Positions 9,000 to 16,658 of a stretch of DNA of 64,000 nucleotides are shown here, piece by piece. Source of the stretch: Candidatus Doudnabacteria bacterium RIFCSPHIGHO2_02_FULL_42_25 (GTDB lineage: Bacteria > Patescibacteriota > Doudnabacteria > UBA920 > O2-02-FULL-48-8); the NCBI GenBank assembly GCA_001777665.1, contig MFEQ01000006.1, forward strand, positions 24,309 through 88,308, read 5' to 3'. Each line of letters opens with the position of its first letter. The first letter of the stretch is position 1. The notes under the pieces are model-generated. The model was not told the DNA's origin. It searched no databases and saw nothing but the letters and a program-made list of their open reading frames with translations. Position numbers and translations under genes: made by a program.

Positions 9000-9707
9000 T
9001 TATATTTTGCCTGACAAATAGTTTTTTTGCAATCCCTTCGGGAATTTCTCGATGGCATAACGGAGTGCGGTTCGGGGCATCTTTTTGTAATACTTTCTTA
9101 AAAATTTTTCCTCCGCTCTTTGATCACGATTCCCAACTTCGCGCAACATCCACCCAACTGCTTTGTGAATTAAATCATGCTGATCATTTAACAATATTTT
9201 GGCAATTTTGAACGCTTCATCAAATTGCTTCTCATAAATAAACCGGTGCGTCGCAATCATTGCAATTCGACGATCCCACAAAAGTTTGGATTTAGCTAAT
9301 TTAGTCAATAAACCCTTTGGTCGCTGCAGCAAATATCCACCCACAATATAACCGGCAGAAGTGTCCACCAGATCCCAATTATTAACCCTGGTTGTATTCT
9401 TGATATAAAAATCAAAAATCCGTTTCCTCGCATTTTCACCCGCTTTATTAAATTGAGTAACCAGAATAATCAATGCAACCAAGCGATGCTCGTGAATTTT
9501 ACTATTCAATAAAACTTGCAGATCTTTCAAACTTAAATCTAGATATTTCTTCGCGATTACACGCTGGACTGGTACTCTTATTCCCAAAAATACGTCGCCA
9601 TGACCATAACTCCCTTTTTCAGTCTTAAAAAACCACATACTAGCCTTTGCTCGCCGTGGACTCCCCGCTTTGTTTAATTCATTTTTTAGCTTTTTTAATT
9701 TATTCAT
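9000..9707 (-). CDS. DNA alkylation repair enzyme (AlkD/AlkC-like HEAT-repeat glycosylase family)
   Basis: 235 aa. GWMLREVG, WDLVDTSA, HRFI motifs typical of PF08713. Confidence 0.55.
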   Translation of the reverse strand: MNKLKKLKNELNKAGSPRRAKASMWFFKTEKGSYGHGDVFLGIRVPVQRVIAKKYLDLSLKDLQVLLNSKIHEHRLVALIILVTQFNKAGENARKRIFDFYIKNTTRVNNWDLVDTSAGYIVGGYLLQRPKGLLTKLAKSKLLWDRRIAMIATHRFIYEKQFDEAFKIAKILLNDQHDLIHKAVGWMLREVGNRDQRAEEKFLRKYYKKMPRTALRYAIEKFPKGLQKNYLSGKI

Positions 9708-9751
9708 ACGGAGTAAAATACTCCAATACTCTATAGTATTGGAGTAAATTG

Positions 9752-11233
9752 CTAAACATATCCCGGAAAGAAATCACTTTTGATATGTCTCTTGGATACA
9801 CCCATTGATTTTAACAGCTTCTCGAATGCAACAACCATGCCTCGCGGCCCTGAGACATAAAAGGTCCGATCGGACCAAATAGGTAATTCTGCTTCTAATC
9901 GCTTACGGTCAAGTAATCCATCACGATCAGTGACGACATAGATAATTTTAATTCCAAGCTTATTTGCAGCCTCTGACAAAATATCTTTATATGCAATTTC
10001 GCTCTCTGTCTTCACTGAATAGAATAAGACAATATCTCTTTTTTCTTTTTTATCTATGAGGTACTTCACCATACTCCGAAACGGGGTAATACCTATTCCA
10101 CCTGCGATAAATACTAATTTTTTAGTTGTATCTTTGGGTAGTGTAAAATCTCCGGCCAATTGTCCAGCGAGGACGGTTTCACCTGCATTAAGTGACGTTA
10201 GGGTTTGCTTAAAAGTACTGGGTTTATCATAAAATTTAATTCCTAAATCGATATGATCCTCTGTCGGTGATGATGCAATGGTGAAATAACGCCGGTTTCC
10301 TCGCAAATCATCTTTTTTGGTTTTCAAAGTCCATTCTAAATACTGACCGGGTTGGAAATTAATTTTTCGATTTGGAGTAAATTCAAACCCAAATGTCGCT
10401 GGAGCGATTTCTTTTTTTTCTTTCAGCGTCATTTTATATCTTCCCTTGTCAGAAACTAAAAACGAGAAAATGTTTCCTAAGACTAGAGCTAACTCTGGAC
10501 TAGAATACAATGGGCCTATGATAAAATTGGTTCCAGCAATAAACCCAACTATGGCTCCATAAGTAATTCGAAGTTTTCTGTTCGGGGGTGTAGTCAGCGG
10601 TTCGGTTAACATCACAAATGCAAAGTACAGTGTCGAGGAATTGATTAAGGTGCTTTTTATTGCCGACCAAGAATTGGCACCATCGGGAAGAGAAAAAACT
10701 AAACGAATCAAATAGACTATCAAAAAAGATATAACTAAATCAAAATGCTGGAGTTTCCGAGCAATCAGCAATCCTCCGACTATGACAAACGGAACTAAAT
10801 AGATATTGCCGACCCACCAACTAGCACCTTGCTGGATAACTAATAGCGTGGCAATTACAGCAATCGCAGCTGGATTGAATATGTGCTTCCCACGAAAATT
10901 AATAATGTATTTCGCGGCTTGAGAAAAAACAGCGGCCAAAACTACGAACAGCAAATCAGCCCCTGGCGTAATAATCAGAGTCAAAATCGCTGCAGTGATA
11001 TATGCAGATTCATTATTCGTGGGTACTCGAAATATTTTCGAAAAAATCCAGTTTGTAACCAAACAAACGGCAAATAAAATTAGCGACGTTTGAATAATAT
11101 CTAAAGTATCATACGGCACCCAACCAAAAAATGAAAAAATAATCGCTAAGCTGATCAATATAAGCAAAAAGTACAGCATGGCTCTGTACATAGTAATCTT
11201 ATTCAAAAAGCTATCTATGTATGGAACGGTCAT
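9752..11233 (-). CDS. Membrane-bound oxidoreductase: polytopic N-terminal domain fused to FNR-like FAD/NAD(P)-binding domain
   Basis: C-terminal RYFTIASSP (RxYS FAD motif) and GGIGITPFRSM (NAD-binding). About 260-aa hydrophobic N-terminal half. Confidence 0.5.
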   Translation of the reverse strand: MTVPYIDSFLNKITMYRAMLYFLLILISLAIIFSFFGWVPYDTLDIIQTSLILFAVCLVTNWIFSKIFRVPTNNESAYITAAILTLIITPGADLLFVVLAAVFSQAAKYIINFRGKHIFNPAAIAVIATLLVIQQGASWWVGNIYLVPFVIVGGLLIARKLQHFDLVISFLIVYLIRLVFSLPDGANSWSAIKSTLINSSTLYFAFVMLTEPLTTPPNRKLRITYGAIVGFIAGTNFIIGPLYSSPELALVLGNIFSFLVSDKGRYKMTLKEKKEIAPATFGFEFTPNRKINFQPGQYLEWTLKTKKDDLRGNRRYFTIASSPTEDHIDLGIKFYDKPSTFKQTLTSLNAGETVLAGQLAGDFTLPKDTTKKLVFIAGGIGITPFRSMVKYLIDKKEKRDIVLFYSVKTESEIAYKDILSEAANKLGIKIIYVVTDRDGLLDRKRLEAELPIWSDRTFYVSGPRGMVVAFEKLLKSMGVSKRHIKSDFFPGYV

Positions 11234-11262
11234 AACTCATTATAACAAAAATTCCCTGCAAT

Positions 11263-11337
11263 TGGCTGGGGAGGAAGGATTCGAACCTTCGAATGCCGCC
11301 TCCAAAGGGCGGTGCCTTACCGCTTGGCGACTCCCCA
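11263..11337 (-). tRNA. tRNA-Gln (anticodon UUG)
   Basis: Hand-folded cloverleaf. 7-bp acceptor stem UGGGGAG/CUCCCCA, T-arm GAAGG-UUCGAAU-CCUUC, anticodon stem CCGCC/GGCGG with loop CUUUGGA, discriminator G, encoded CCA. Confidence 0.8.
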
Positions 11338-11393
11338 ACCAATCACAGAGAATTAATTTAGCCATGTAAATATAGCATTTTTTGGAGTTTTTT

Positions 11394-11888
11394 TCAACTC
11401 TTTTGATATACAAAAACACTTCCAATCTTAGTTGATTCCCAATTCGGAAAGTGAAAAATGTTCGAGACCACACGACTGCCGGGCGGAAGCTCGGTTTTTA
11501 ATTTTTGCTCAAGCTTGCCCATAATTTTAGTAATTCCAAAAAGCATAACGACGTTGTAATCCGAAAAGTCCTGAAACCAAAAGTTTTTCCAGTGCACGAA
11601 AGCTAGATTCTGTAATCCAGCTTTTTTTATTTTATATCTCGACCACCAAACCAGTAGTGGGTTGATTTCAAATCCATGAGATTCGATTCCTAGTTTAGCT
11701 GCGGCAATTAGTATGCGCCCATCCCCAGAACCGATGTCTGCTAATCTATCTCCAGTTTTCAGCTCGGCTGCCTGGATCATTTGATCCACTGTTTCTATAT
11801 TGGTCGGTACAAATGGAGCGCCTCGAATAACCCCTAAAAAATACGTCACAACAAGGACAACTATGATTATCAAAACCTCAATAAGCAT
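11394..11888 (-). CDS. Class I SAM-dependent methyltransferase (small, N-terminal TM helix)
   Basis: DRLADIGSGDGRILIAAAKLG (motif I) ... FEINPLL. Confidence 0.5.
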   Translation of the reverse strand: MLIEVLIIIVVLVVTYFLGVIRGAPFVPTNIETVDQMIQAAELKTGDRLADIGSGDGRILIAAAKLGIESHGFEINPLLVWWSRYKIKKAGLQNLAFVHWKNFWFQDFSDYNVVMLFGITKIMGKLEQKLKTELPPGSRVVSNIFHFPNWESTKIGSVFVYQKS

Positions 11889-11909
11889 AGGGTTATTATA
11901 GCTTAACTC

Positions 11910-11938
11910 TTGACAAAATAGCCAAAAAGGAGTACAGT
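11910..11938 (+). promoter_or_regulatory. Sigma70-like promoter of GC-rich island 1 (TTGACA-17-TACAGT)
   Basis: TTGACA at 11910-11915, 17-nt spacer, TACAGT at 11933-11938. Followed by AAGGAGG at 11950-11956. Confidence 0.55.
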
Positions 11939-11965
11939 AATTTGTTCTTAAGGAGGAATAGCGCG

Positions 11966-12169
11966 ATGACCAAGAACCATCGAGACGGCGAAAAGTTCGG
12001 GGGTAATCACACTACCCTTCTAGATTTGGCCGTGACGATGGTAGACATCGCGGCCAAGTACTCTGAAGTAAAAACTATTAGTCCGGGCATGCTTCAGGTA
12101 AACCCCAACAAATCCGGCGGATCCCAGCGTGTGAAATTCGCTTGGATGAAGGGGGGGGGCTTCTTATGA
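11966..12169 (+). CDS. GC-rich island 1, ORF1 (67 aa, MTKNHRDGEKFGGNHTTLLDL...), unknown function
   Basis: ATG 8 nt after AAGGAGG. GC-rich codon usage unlike the host. Stop overlaps the next ATG (ttATGA). Confidence 0.5.
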   Translation: MTKNHRDGEKFGGNHTTLLDLAVTMVDIAAKYSEVKTISPGMLQVNPNKSGGSQRVKFAWMKGGGFL

Positions 12170-12312
12170 CCGTTCGGCAAAACCGATCGGTCCAGGAAGT
12201 TCGAGTCTACACGTCGGACACTCAGACGACCATGGTCGCGCTAGCAAGAGCCGCTCGAGACCGAGATATTCCCATCGGGTTTCTGAAGAAGGATAAGACG
12301 CAAACCTACTAG
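12166..12312 (+). CDS. GC-rich island 1, ORF2 (48 aa, MTVRQNRSVQEVRVYTSDTQTTMVALARAARDRDIPIGFLKKDKTQTY), translationally coupled
   Basis: ATGA start/stop overlap with ORF1. Not in ORF track (<60 aa). Confidence 0.45.
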   Translation: MTVRQNRSVQEVRVYTSDTQTTMVALARAARDRDIPIGFLKKDKTQTY

Positions 12313-12329
12313 GCTTGGAGGATACGCAG

Positions 12330-12791
12330 ATGGCAGTCAACGCAATGGGAGCCTCGGCGGTTGCCGAGTTGCTGGGTGACCTGACAGATCGGACGAAGTA
12401 CACTGAGGGGGTCCTGAAAGGGATGCTCGGTGTCATCCGAAACGAAGAGCTGCATCACACGACGATCATCGGCAAGATCGGAATCGTGCCGCTGTCGCTT
12501 GAGCAGCTCAACAAGCTCAAGTACGTGGACGAGGCCAACCAGAAGACGGCATTCGGTTCTGACATCGCCACGGCCATCCGGGCTGAAATGACGCGACGGA
12601 CGAGCATCAAGATCGAATTCGAGTCCCTCTTCCGGACGCTCTACGCCGGCGCAGAGTACGGACCCGAGAAAGTGATGGACGCAATCCAGCGTTACGAGGA
12701 GGCCATGCGCTCGAGCTCGACCTCGTTCGCTCCTCCCCCGCCGGTTCCAACGACGGATAGCAACGACGGCTTCGCGGCACGGACGCACTAA
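12330..12791 (+). CDS. GC-rich island 1, ORF3 (153 aa, MAVNAMGASAVAELLGDL...APPPPVPTTDSNDGFAARTH), unknown function
   Basis: GGAGGA at 12317-12322 precedes ATG 12330. ORF track offers TTG 12315. Pro-rich C-terminal tail. Confidence 0.5.
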   Translation: MAVNAMGASAVAELLGDLTDRTKYTEGVLKGMLGVIRNEELHHTTIIGKIGIVPLSLEQLNKLKYVDEANQKTAFGSDIATAIRAEMTRRTSIKIEFESLFRTLYAGAEYGPEKVMDAIQRYEEAMRSSSTSFAPPPPVPTTDSNDGFAARTH

Positions 12792-12814
12792 TCACCCGCG
12801 TCGTCAGGACGCAC

Positions 12815-12856
12815 AAACGGCGAGCCCAACACTGGGCCCGCCGTTTTTCTTTTGTT
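12815..12856 (+). terminator. Intrinsic terminator of island 1
   Basis: aaacggcgagcccaacactgggcccgccgtttttctttt. Confidence 0.65.
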
Positions 12857-12877
12857 CTATTATCTGTGACACCTGTC

Positions 12878-12909
12878 TTACCTAGTTGCCCATATGGGCA
12901 ACTAGGTAA
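12878..12909. repeat. Perfect 32-bp palindrome ttACCTAGTTGCCCATATGGGCAACTAGGTaa (CATATG-core palindrome family, copy 1)
   Basis: Identical 28-bp core at 49787-49814 and 63554-63581. Variants at 43124-43157 and 62962-62989. Confidence 0.9.
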
Positions 12910-12925
12910 TCTCTTTTTTTACTTG

Positions 12926-12957
12926 CCTCTAATTTCAGCGATCGCTGAAATTAGAGG
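12926..12957. repeat. Perfect 32-bp palindrome cctctaatttcaGCGATCGCtgaaattagagg, immediately 3' of the dnaX stop
   Basis: Self-complementary. Same GCGATCGC core as the palindrome at 43164-43195 and the direct repeats at 56335/57514. Confidence 0.85.
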
Positions 12958-12959
12958 AA

Positions 12960-14444
12960 CTAGTTCTCTACTTCCCCGCCCATAATTTTGAGGGCGGACT
13001 CCACTAACTCATCTTTTTGCTCCACTTGAGCCTCACCTTTTTGTAACGTAGGTTTTACCATCAGTTTCAGTCCCGTCACTTCTTCGATTACTTGATCGAC
13101 AACGATTCGATTCTTACGCGCTTCGATCGCATCTTTATGAAATTTATATGGAAATATCACTACCAGTTCTTTTCCTTCTATAGAAATAGGCTGAGCTAGT
13201 TTTAAACTCGAGATAAGCGAGTGGTTATATTCTTTTAGTTTTTCCAGAATCTGCGGCCAGTGAGCTTGGACTTTGGCAAATAACTCCCCCTCGCCCTCTC
13301 TTACATTAAGAGGGGGTTCCTCTGCTGCTTCATCCCCCCTTAATATAAGGGGGGATTGAGGGGGGTTATTCTCCTCGGTCGCCTCTACTGCGGCTAATTC
13401 AAGTGGCAGACTCTGGATCGATGACCATTTGATTTCACCTTCAGCTTTCTGGAATATCTGAATGATCTGCATAATTCTTGGCAATTCCAAAGCTTGGGCT
13501 TGATCCTTCATCTTCTGTGAAATTTCTTCGGTATAACCAAAATCAGAAGTTGTCCCCACTTTCGTCAACAATATTTTTCGCAAATACTCTAAAAAATCTT
13601 TTTCAAATTGATATAAATCTTTGCCCCCATAAGTCAGATCTGAAATAAAACTCACCGCTTCTTGGGTTTGATTTTCTACGAGCAGATCTAGGAATTTACT
13701 CAAAGTCTTCACGCCTGTTAAACCGAGGACTGTTTCGACTAATTCTTCAGTAATCTCGCCTTCGGCGTAATTCATAACTTGATCGAGTAGTGATAGCCCA
13801 TCTCGAAAACTGCCATCCGCAGCAGTCGCGATTTCCATCAGGGCTCCTTCACTAACTTTGATCTGATTATCGGAAGCCACATATGCGAGATGCTTGCTTA
13901 AATCTGCAATGCCGACTTTTTTAAAATCAAATCGTTGCGTCCGCGAAATAATCGTGGCTGGAACTTTATGAATTTCGGTCGTGGCCAAAATAAATACGGC
14001 ATGACTCGGTGGTTCTTCCAAAGTCTTAAGTAATGCATTAAAAGCGCCTTTTGAAAGCATGTGCACTTCATCGACAATAATCACTTTATATGTGGCCTTA
14101 GTTGGGGCAAATTGCAAATGATCGATCAATTCTCGAATATTATCCACGCCAGTGTGCGACGCCGCATCTATTTCCAGCAAATCTAAACTGGTATTCTCTA
14201 GAAATGGTTTACAGATCTCGCATTCGTTGCAGGGTTCCGAGCCTGTTCTATTCTGACAATTAATAGCCCGCGCAAAAATCCGAGCTAGCGTCGTTTTCCC
14301 GACCCCTCTGGGTCCGGTGAATAAATAAGCGTGGCCCACGCGATTATTGGCGACCGCATTGGCGAGCGTGGTTTTGATGTGTTCCTGATTGACCACGGAA
14401 CCGAAATTCAGTGGCCGATATTTTCTATACAATACTAAGTTCAT
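12960..14444 (-). CDS. dnaX: DNA polymerase III subunit gamma/tau
   Basis: Walker A GPRGVGKTT, clamp-loader motifs. Contains an in-frame GC-rich insertion (about 13290-13375) encoding EENNPPQSPLILRGDEAAEEPPLNVREGEGE. Confidence 0.85.
   Translation of the reverse strand: MNLVLYRKYRPLNFGSVVNQEHIKTTLANAVANNRVGHAYLFTGPRGVGKTTLARIFARAINCQNRTGSEPCNECEICKPFLENTSLDLLEIDAASHTGVDNIRELIDHLQFAPTKATYKVIIVDEVHMLSKGAFNALLKTLEEPPSHAVFILATTEIHKVPATIISRTQRFDFKKVGIADLSKHLAYVASDNQIKVSEGALMEIATAADGSFRDGLSLLDQVMNYAEGEITEELVETVLGLTGVKTLSKFLDLLVENQTQEAVSFISDLTYGGKDLYQFEKDFLEYLRKILLTKVGTTSDFGYTEEISQKMKDQAQALELPRIMQIIQIFQKAEGEIKWSSIQSLPLELAAVEATEENNPPQSPLILRGDEAAEEPPLNVREGEGELFAKVQAHWPQILEKLKEYNHSLISSLKLAQPISIEGKELVVIFPYKFHKDAIEARKNRIVVDQVIEEVTGLKLMVKPTLQKGEAQVEQKDELVESALKIMGGEVEN
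13334..13374. repeat. Copy of the ccccttaatataagggg-ggttag-gaggggttat element embedded in-frame in dnaX
   Basis: ccccccttaatataaggggggattgaggggggttattctcc. Compare 60616-60669 and 21040-21085 (reverse orientation). Confidence 0.65.
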
Positions 14445-14582
14445 AAGATTTCTACGAAAGTACGAATTCTCGAATTACGAACTGTTCGTAGTTTCGTAAG
14501 TTCGTATTTCGTAGATAGTTTACCACAAATCAAAAAAGAACTAAATCAGTTCTTCTGTTTACTTCTTACTGTTTACTAATTA

Positions 14583-14930
14583 CTACTTTTTAAACACGAA
14601 TAATTTATACCCAGTGAAATTCCAGACCAGACTAACACCTGTGGCGATAACTTTGGCCCCGAATAGCCATGGTCGGGCCTCCACTCCAAACATTGGATCC
14701 ACAAACGTCGTGATCGCAACTACTACTCCAGTATTAATTGCGACTCCGATAATACTCACGAATAAAAACATGCTCGCTTTCCTACCTTCGTGAGCATGGC
14801 TATGATCATGGAAGGCCCAATTCTTGTTCAAAAAATAACTGTTCGTCGTCGCGATAGTGAACGAAACAACATTCAACGGAATCAAGTCAGCACCACCTGT
14901 GATGCCTGTGACTTTAGAAAGAATAAACAA
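14583..14930 (-). CDS. gtrA: GtrA-family membrane protein (bactoprenol-sugar translocase-like)
   Basis: Four hydrophobic segments, 115 aa from TTG. In-frame upstream extension encodes KRTVAQFSRFFVVGLINTGIDYIV, a typical GtrA N-terminus, but has no ATG/GTG/TTG, so the true start is probably near 15005 via a non-canonical codon or a frameshift. Confidence 0.5.
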   Translation of the reverse strand: MFILSKVTGITGGADLIPLNVVSFTIATTNSYFLNKNWAFHDHSHAHEGRKASMFLFVSIIGVAINTGVVVAITTFVDPMFGVEARPWLFGAKVIATGVSLVWNFTGYKLFVFKK

Positions 14931-15047
14931 AACGATGTAATCGATTCCAGTATTGATTAACCCAACAACAAAAAACCGTGAGAATTGCGCTACGGTTCTT
15001 TTAATTTCAGCTTTCGGTATTTGTGCCTCTGTACTTATTACTTTTTA

Positions 15048-15067
15048 CCTGCCTGCCGGCAGGCAGG
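15048..15067. repeat. Perfect 20-bp GC palindrome cctgcctgccggcaggcagg flanked by attactttttac direct repeats
   Basis: Self-complementary. Degenerate relative cctgcggttgagcaggcagg at about 48790-48809, likewise just 3' of a minus-strand gene. Confidence 0.6.
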
Positions 15068-15085
15068 CTTATTACTAATTACTTT

Positions 15086-15703
15086 TTACAGTTCCTCAAG
15101 CTCAGTCTCATCTGAGCTGTCATTTCTGGAGACACTGGCCATGTTAGCAGCGGCTTCACCGGCCTTGATGACGTTCTCGACAGCTCCCCAATTCGCATCT
15201 TTATCTTTCGGTAAAACTATAGTAACTTGGTCCCCTGGTTCAGCTTTAAAGTAAGTCAGGGATGCCAACAACACTTTAAATGGCTTACCTTCTGCCACGA
15301 CTTTGTATTCACCTTTTTCGTCCTGTACCAAATTGCCCAAAACTTTTCTTCGTTCCACTGGTCCTATTTGCTTATAGATAAACGAACCGTCTTCGGCAAT
15401 TGTCAATTTCAACACGTCGCCCTCGACTAATTTACTTTTCGAGGCATAGTTTGATGGCACTGGGTATTGCTTACTATCCGGACCGATCATGTTCTGGCCA
15501 TCGAAAACTCCTTCTATAATTTTGCCACCTTCGGAGACAGACAAAACTTGAGCTTTTTTCATTATATCTGCATTGCTAACAACGCCACCGCCCATCATTT
15601 CGCGGAGGAGTTGTCTGGCTGATTGGATGTTTTTTTCTGCCGATTCGATCATTTGCGCTATCAGCGCTATATTTGAAATGTTATCCATTGTTGTTGGTGT
15701 CAC
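15086..15703 (-). CDS. Hypothetical protein (205 aa), acidic C-terminal tail
   Basis: ORF only; no recognisable motif. Confidence 0.35.
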   Translation of the reverse strand: MTPTTMDNISNIALIAQMIESAEKNIQSARQLLREMMGGGVVSNADIMKKAQVLSVSEGGKIIEGVFDGQNMIGPDSKQYPVPSNYASKSKLVEGDVLKLTIAEDGSFIYKQIGPVERRKVLGNLVQDEKGEYKVVAEGKPFKVLLASLTYFKAEPGDQVTIVLPKDKDANWGAVENVIKAGEAAANMASVSRNDSSDETELEEL

Positions 15704-15739
15704 TGGCTAAAATCGCACGATTTTGCAATTTTAACCTAT

Positions 15740-15748
15740 TTATCCACA
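15740..15748 (+). promoter_or_regulatory. Consensus DnaA-box-like 9-mer TTATCCACA (single copy)
   Basis: Exact match to TTATCCACA in intergenic DNA. An isolated box, so function uncertain. Confidence 0.25.
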
Positions 15749-15806
15749 GTTTGTCAATTGTCTTTTGTTTCGGGGAAAGCTTTATTTAAAGCTAAATTAT
15801 TATAAC

Positions 15807-15941
15807 ATGGAAAAGGTTTTTTGTGCAAACCCTAATAGCACCATCACGGACGCTACAAGCGAAGCGCGGGCGATCCGGGATCCATGCAGTGGACCCCGGA
15901 TCTCGGTCCGGGGTGGCAGCTATTTTTTGCCTATTAAACTC
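15807..15941 (+). other. Short GC-rich structured transcript or 44-codon ORF (MEKVFCANPNSTITDATSEARAIRDPCSGPRISVRGGSYFLPIKL) ending in an intrinsic terminator
   Basis: Terminator accccggatctcggtccggggtggcagctattttttgcc. Contains the ggatcccggatcgccc...gtagcgtccgkgatgg element (reverse orientation) also found at 49865-49922. Overlapped on the other strand by a 58-codon ORF (16093..15920). Confidence 0.3.
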
Positions 15942-16071
15942 TGAACCCAAACAATAAACGCTCGGAGGCCTGCCACAAAGTCGCCATCGGGTGGATTTTC
16001 GAGTAATTCCACAGCTTTTTCTACATCTTTCTCTGGCTGTTCTACTCTACCCGCGACTCCCTGCTCGTCTT

Positions 16072-16512
16072 TTATGCGTGGTTCTTGTTCCATAATTTTG
16101 GATTAATTTCTACATACTCTTTAAACCCAGGAAATTTTTGACATAACGCTTCTTCGGTCACACCATCGACGATGGCTTCCTCTAAAATCTTAACCGCTAG
16201 ACCCATATCCGATGGCATGATACTTGCTACATACATACTGACTTTATTTTCCAAATCTTTACGCGCTGACATGTGTACGTGCATATGAACTATATCCACC
16301 AGCGCGTGTAATTCATCAAAGTCTCGATGCAGTTCTTTCACAAACTCCAAAAACTGACTTTCGGAATCGATAAGATTGATATTTTGAACAACTTTCTGCG
16401 CAATGTCAGCCGCACGCTGTAAATCTATCCGACGTGAACGAATTAATTCCGCCAAAAACAAGGCGACATGTTTTGCAAACTCATTCTTATTATTATCGTT
16501 GGCTGGTGGCAT
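16072..16512 (-). CDS. Hypothetical protein (146 aa)
   Basis: ORF; no motif recognised. Confidence 0.35.
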   Translation of the reverse strand: MPPANDNNKNEFAKHVALFLAELIRSRRIDLQRAADIAQKVVQNINLIDSESQFLEFVKELHRDFDELHALVDIVHMHVHMSARKDLENKVSMYVASIMPSDMGLAVKILEEAIVDGVTEEALCQKFPGFKEYVEINPKLWNKNHA

Positions 16513-16537
16513 AACGTTACAGACTATTATTTTTTAT

Positions 16538-16638
16538 TTTAACCATTTCGAGGGCCGGTCAATTGACCGGTTAGCGAGAAATCGATTTTCCGAGAGTGAC
16601 TCCTCTTAGGAGGGATCTCTCACTTCGTTCGAGATGGG
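16538..16638 (+). repeat. Structured repeat family ccatttcga...GGAGGGATCTCTCACTTCGTTCGAGATGG, copy A
   Basis: Shares aaccatttcga, an internal GC hairpin (ggccggtcaattgaccgg), gagaaatcg and a 29-nt 3' block with copies at 19844-19919 and 27001-27082. 5' ccatttcga pairs with 3' tcgagatgg (one G-U pair). Confidence 0.7.
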
Positions 16639-16658
16639 GTAGGAGAGCCCGCTTCAGG

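Noticed and set aside
11942-12169. ORF-track start 11942 (MFLRRNSAMTKN...) for island-1 ORF1
   Set aside because: The SD AAGGAGG sits inside that extension, 8 nt before the ATG at 11966.
12309-12816. Minus-strand ORFs 12309-12788 and 12607-12816, and +/- ORFs 61813-62383 and 62609-62897 inside GC islands
   Set aside because: GC-rich DNA yields long open frames on all strands. The sense ORFs are the ones with SD, promoter and terminator in the correct orientation.
12878-12909. Integron attC sites / gene cassettes
   Set aside because: No intI integrase or attI in the window. The palindromes are perfect 28-34 bp dyads rather than 57-141 bp imperfect attC. Every cassette has its own promoter. 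Kept only as an analogy.
12926-12957. GCGATCGC (HIP1) as evidence of cyanobacterial origin
   Set aside because: Only a handful of copies, all embedded in palindromes or repeats at cassette boundaries; the gene content is not cyanobacterial.
14445-14582. SRP RNA (ffs) upstream of dnaX, as in Bacillus
   Set aside because: No GGAAGGAAGCAG-like domain IV motif; the region is an AT-rich TTCGTA repeat array.
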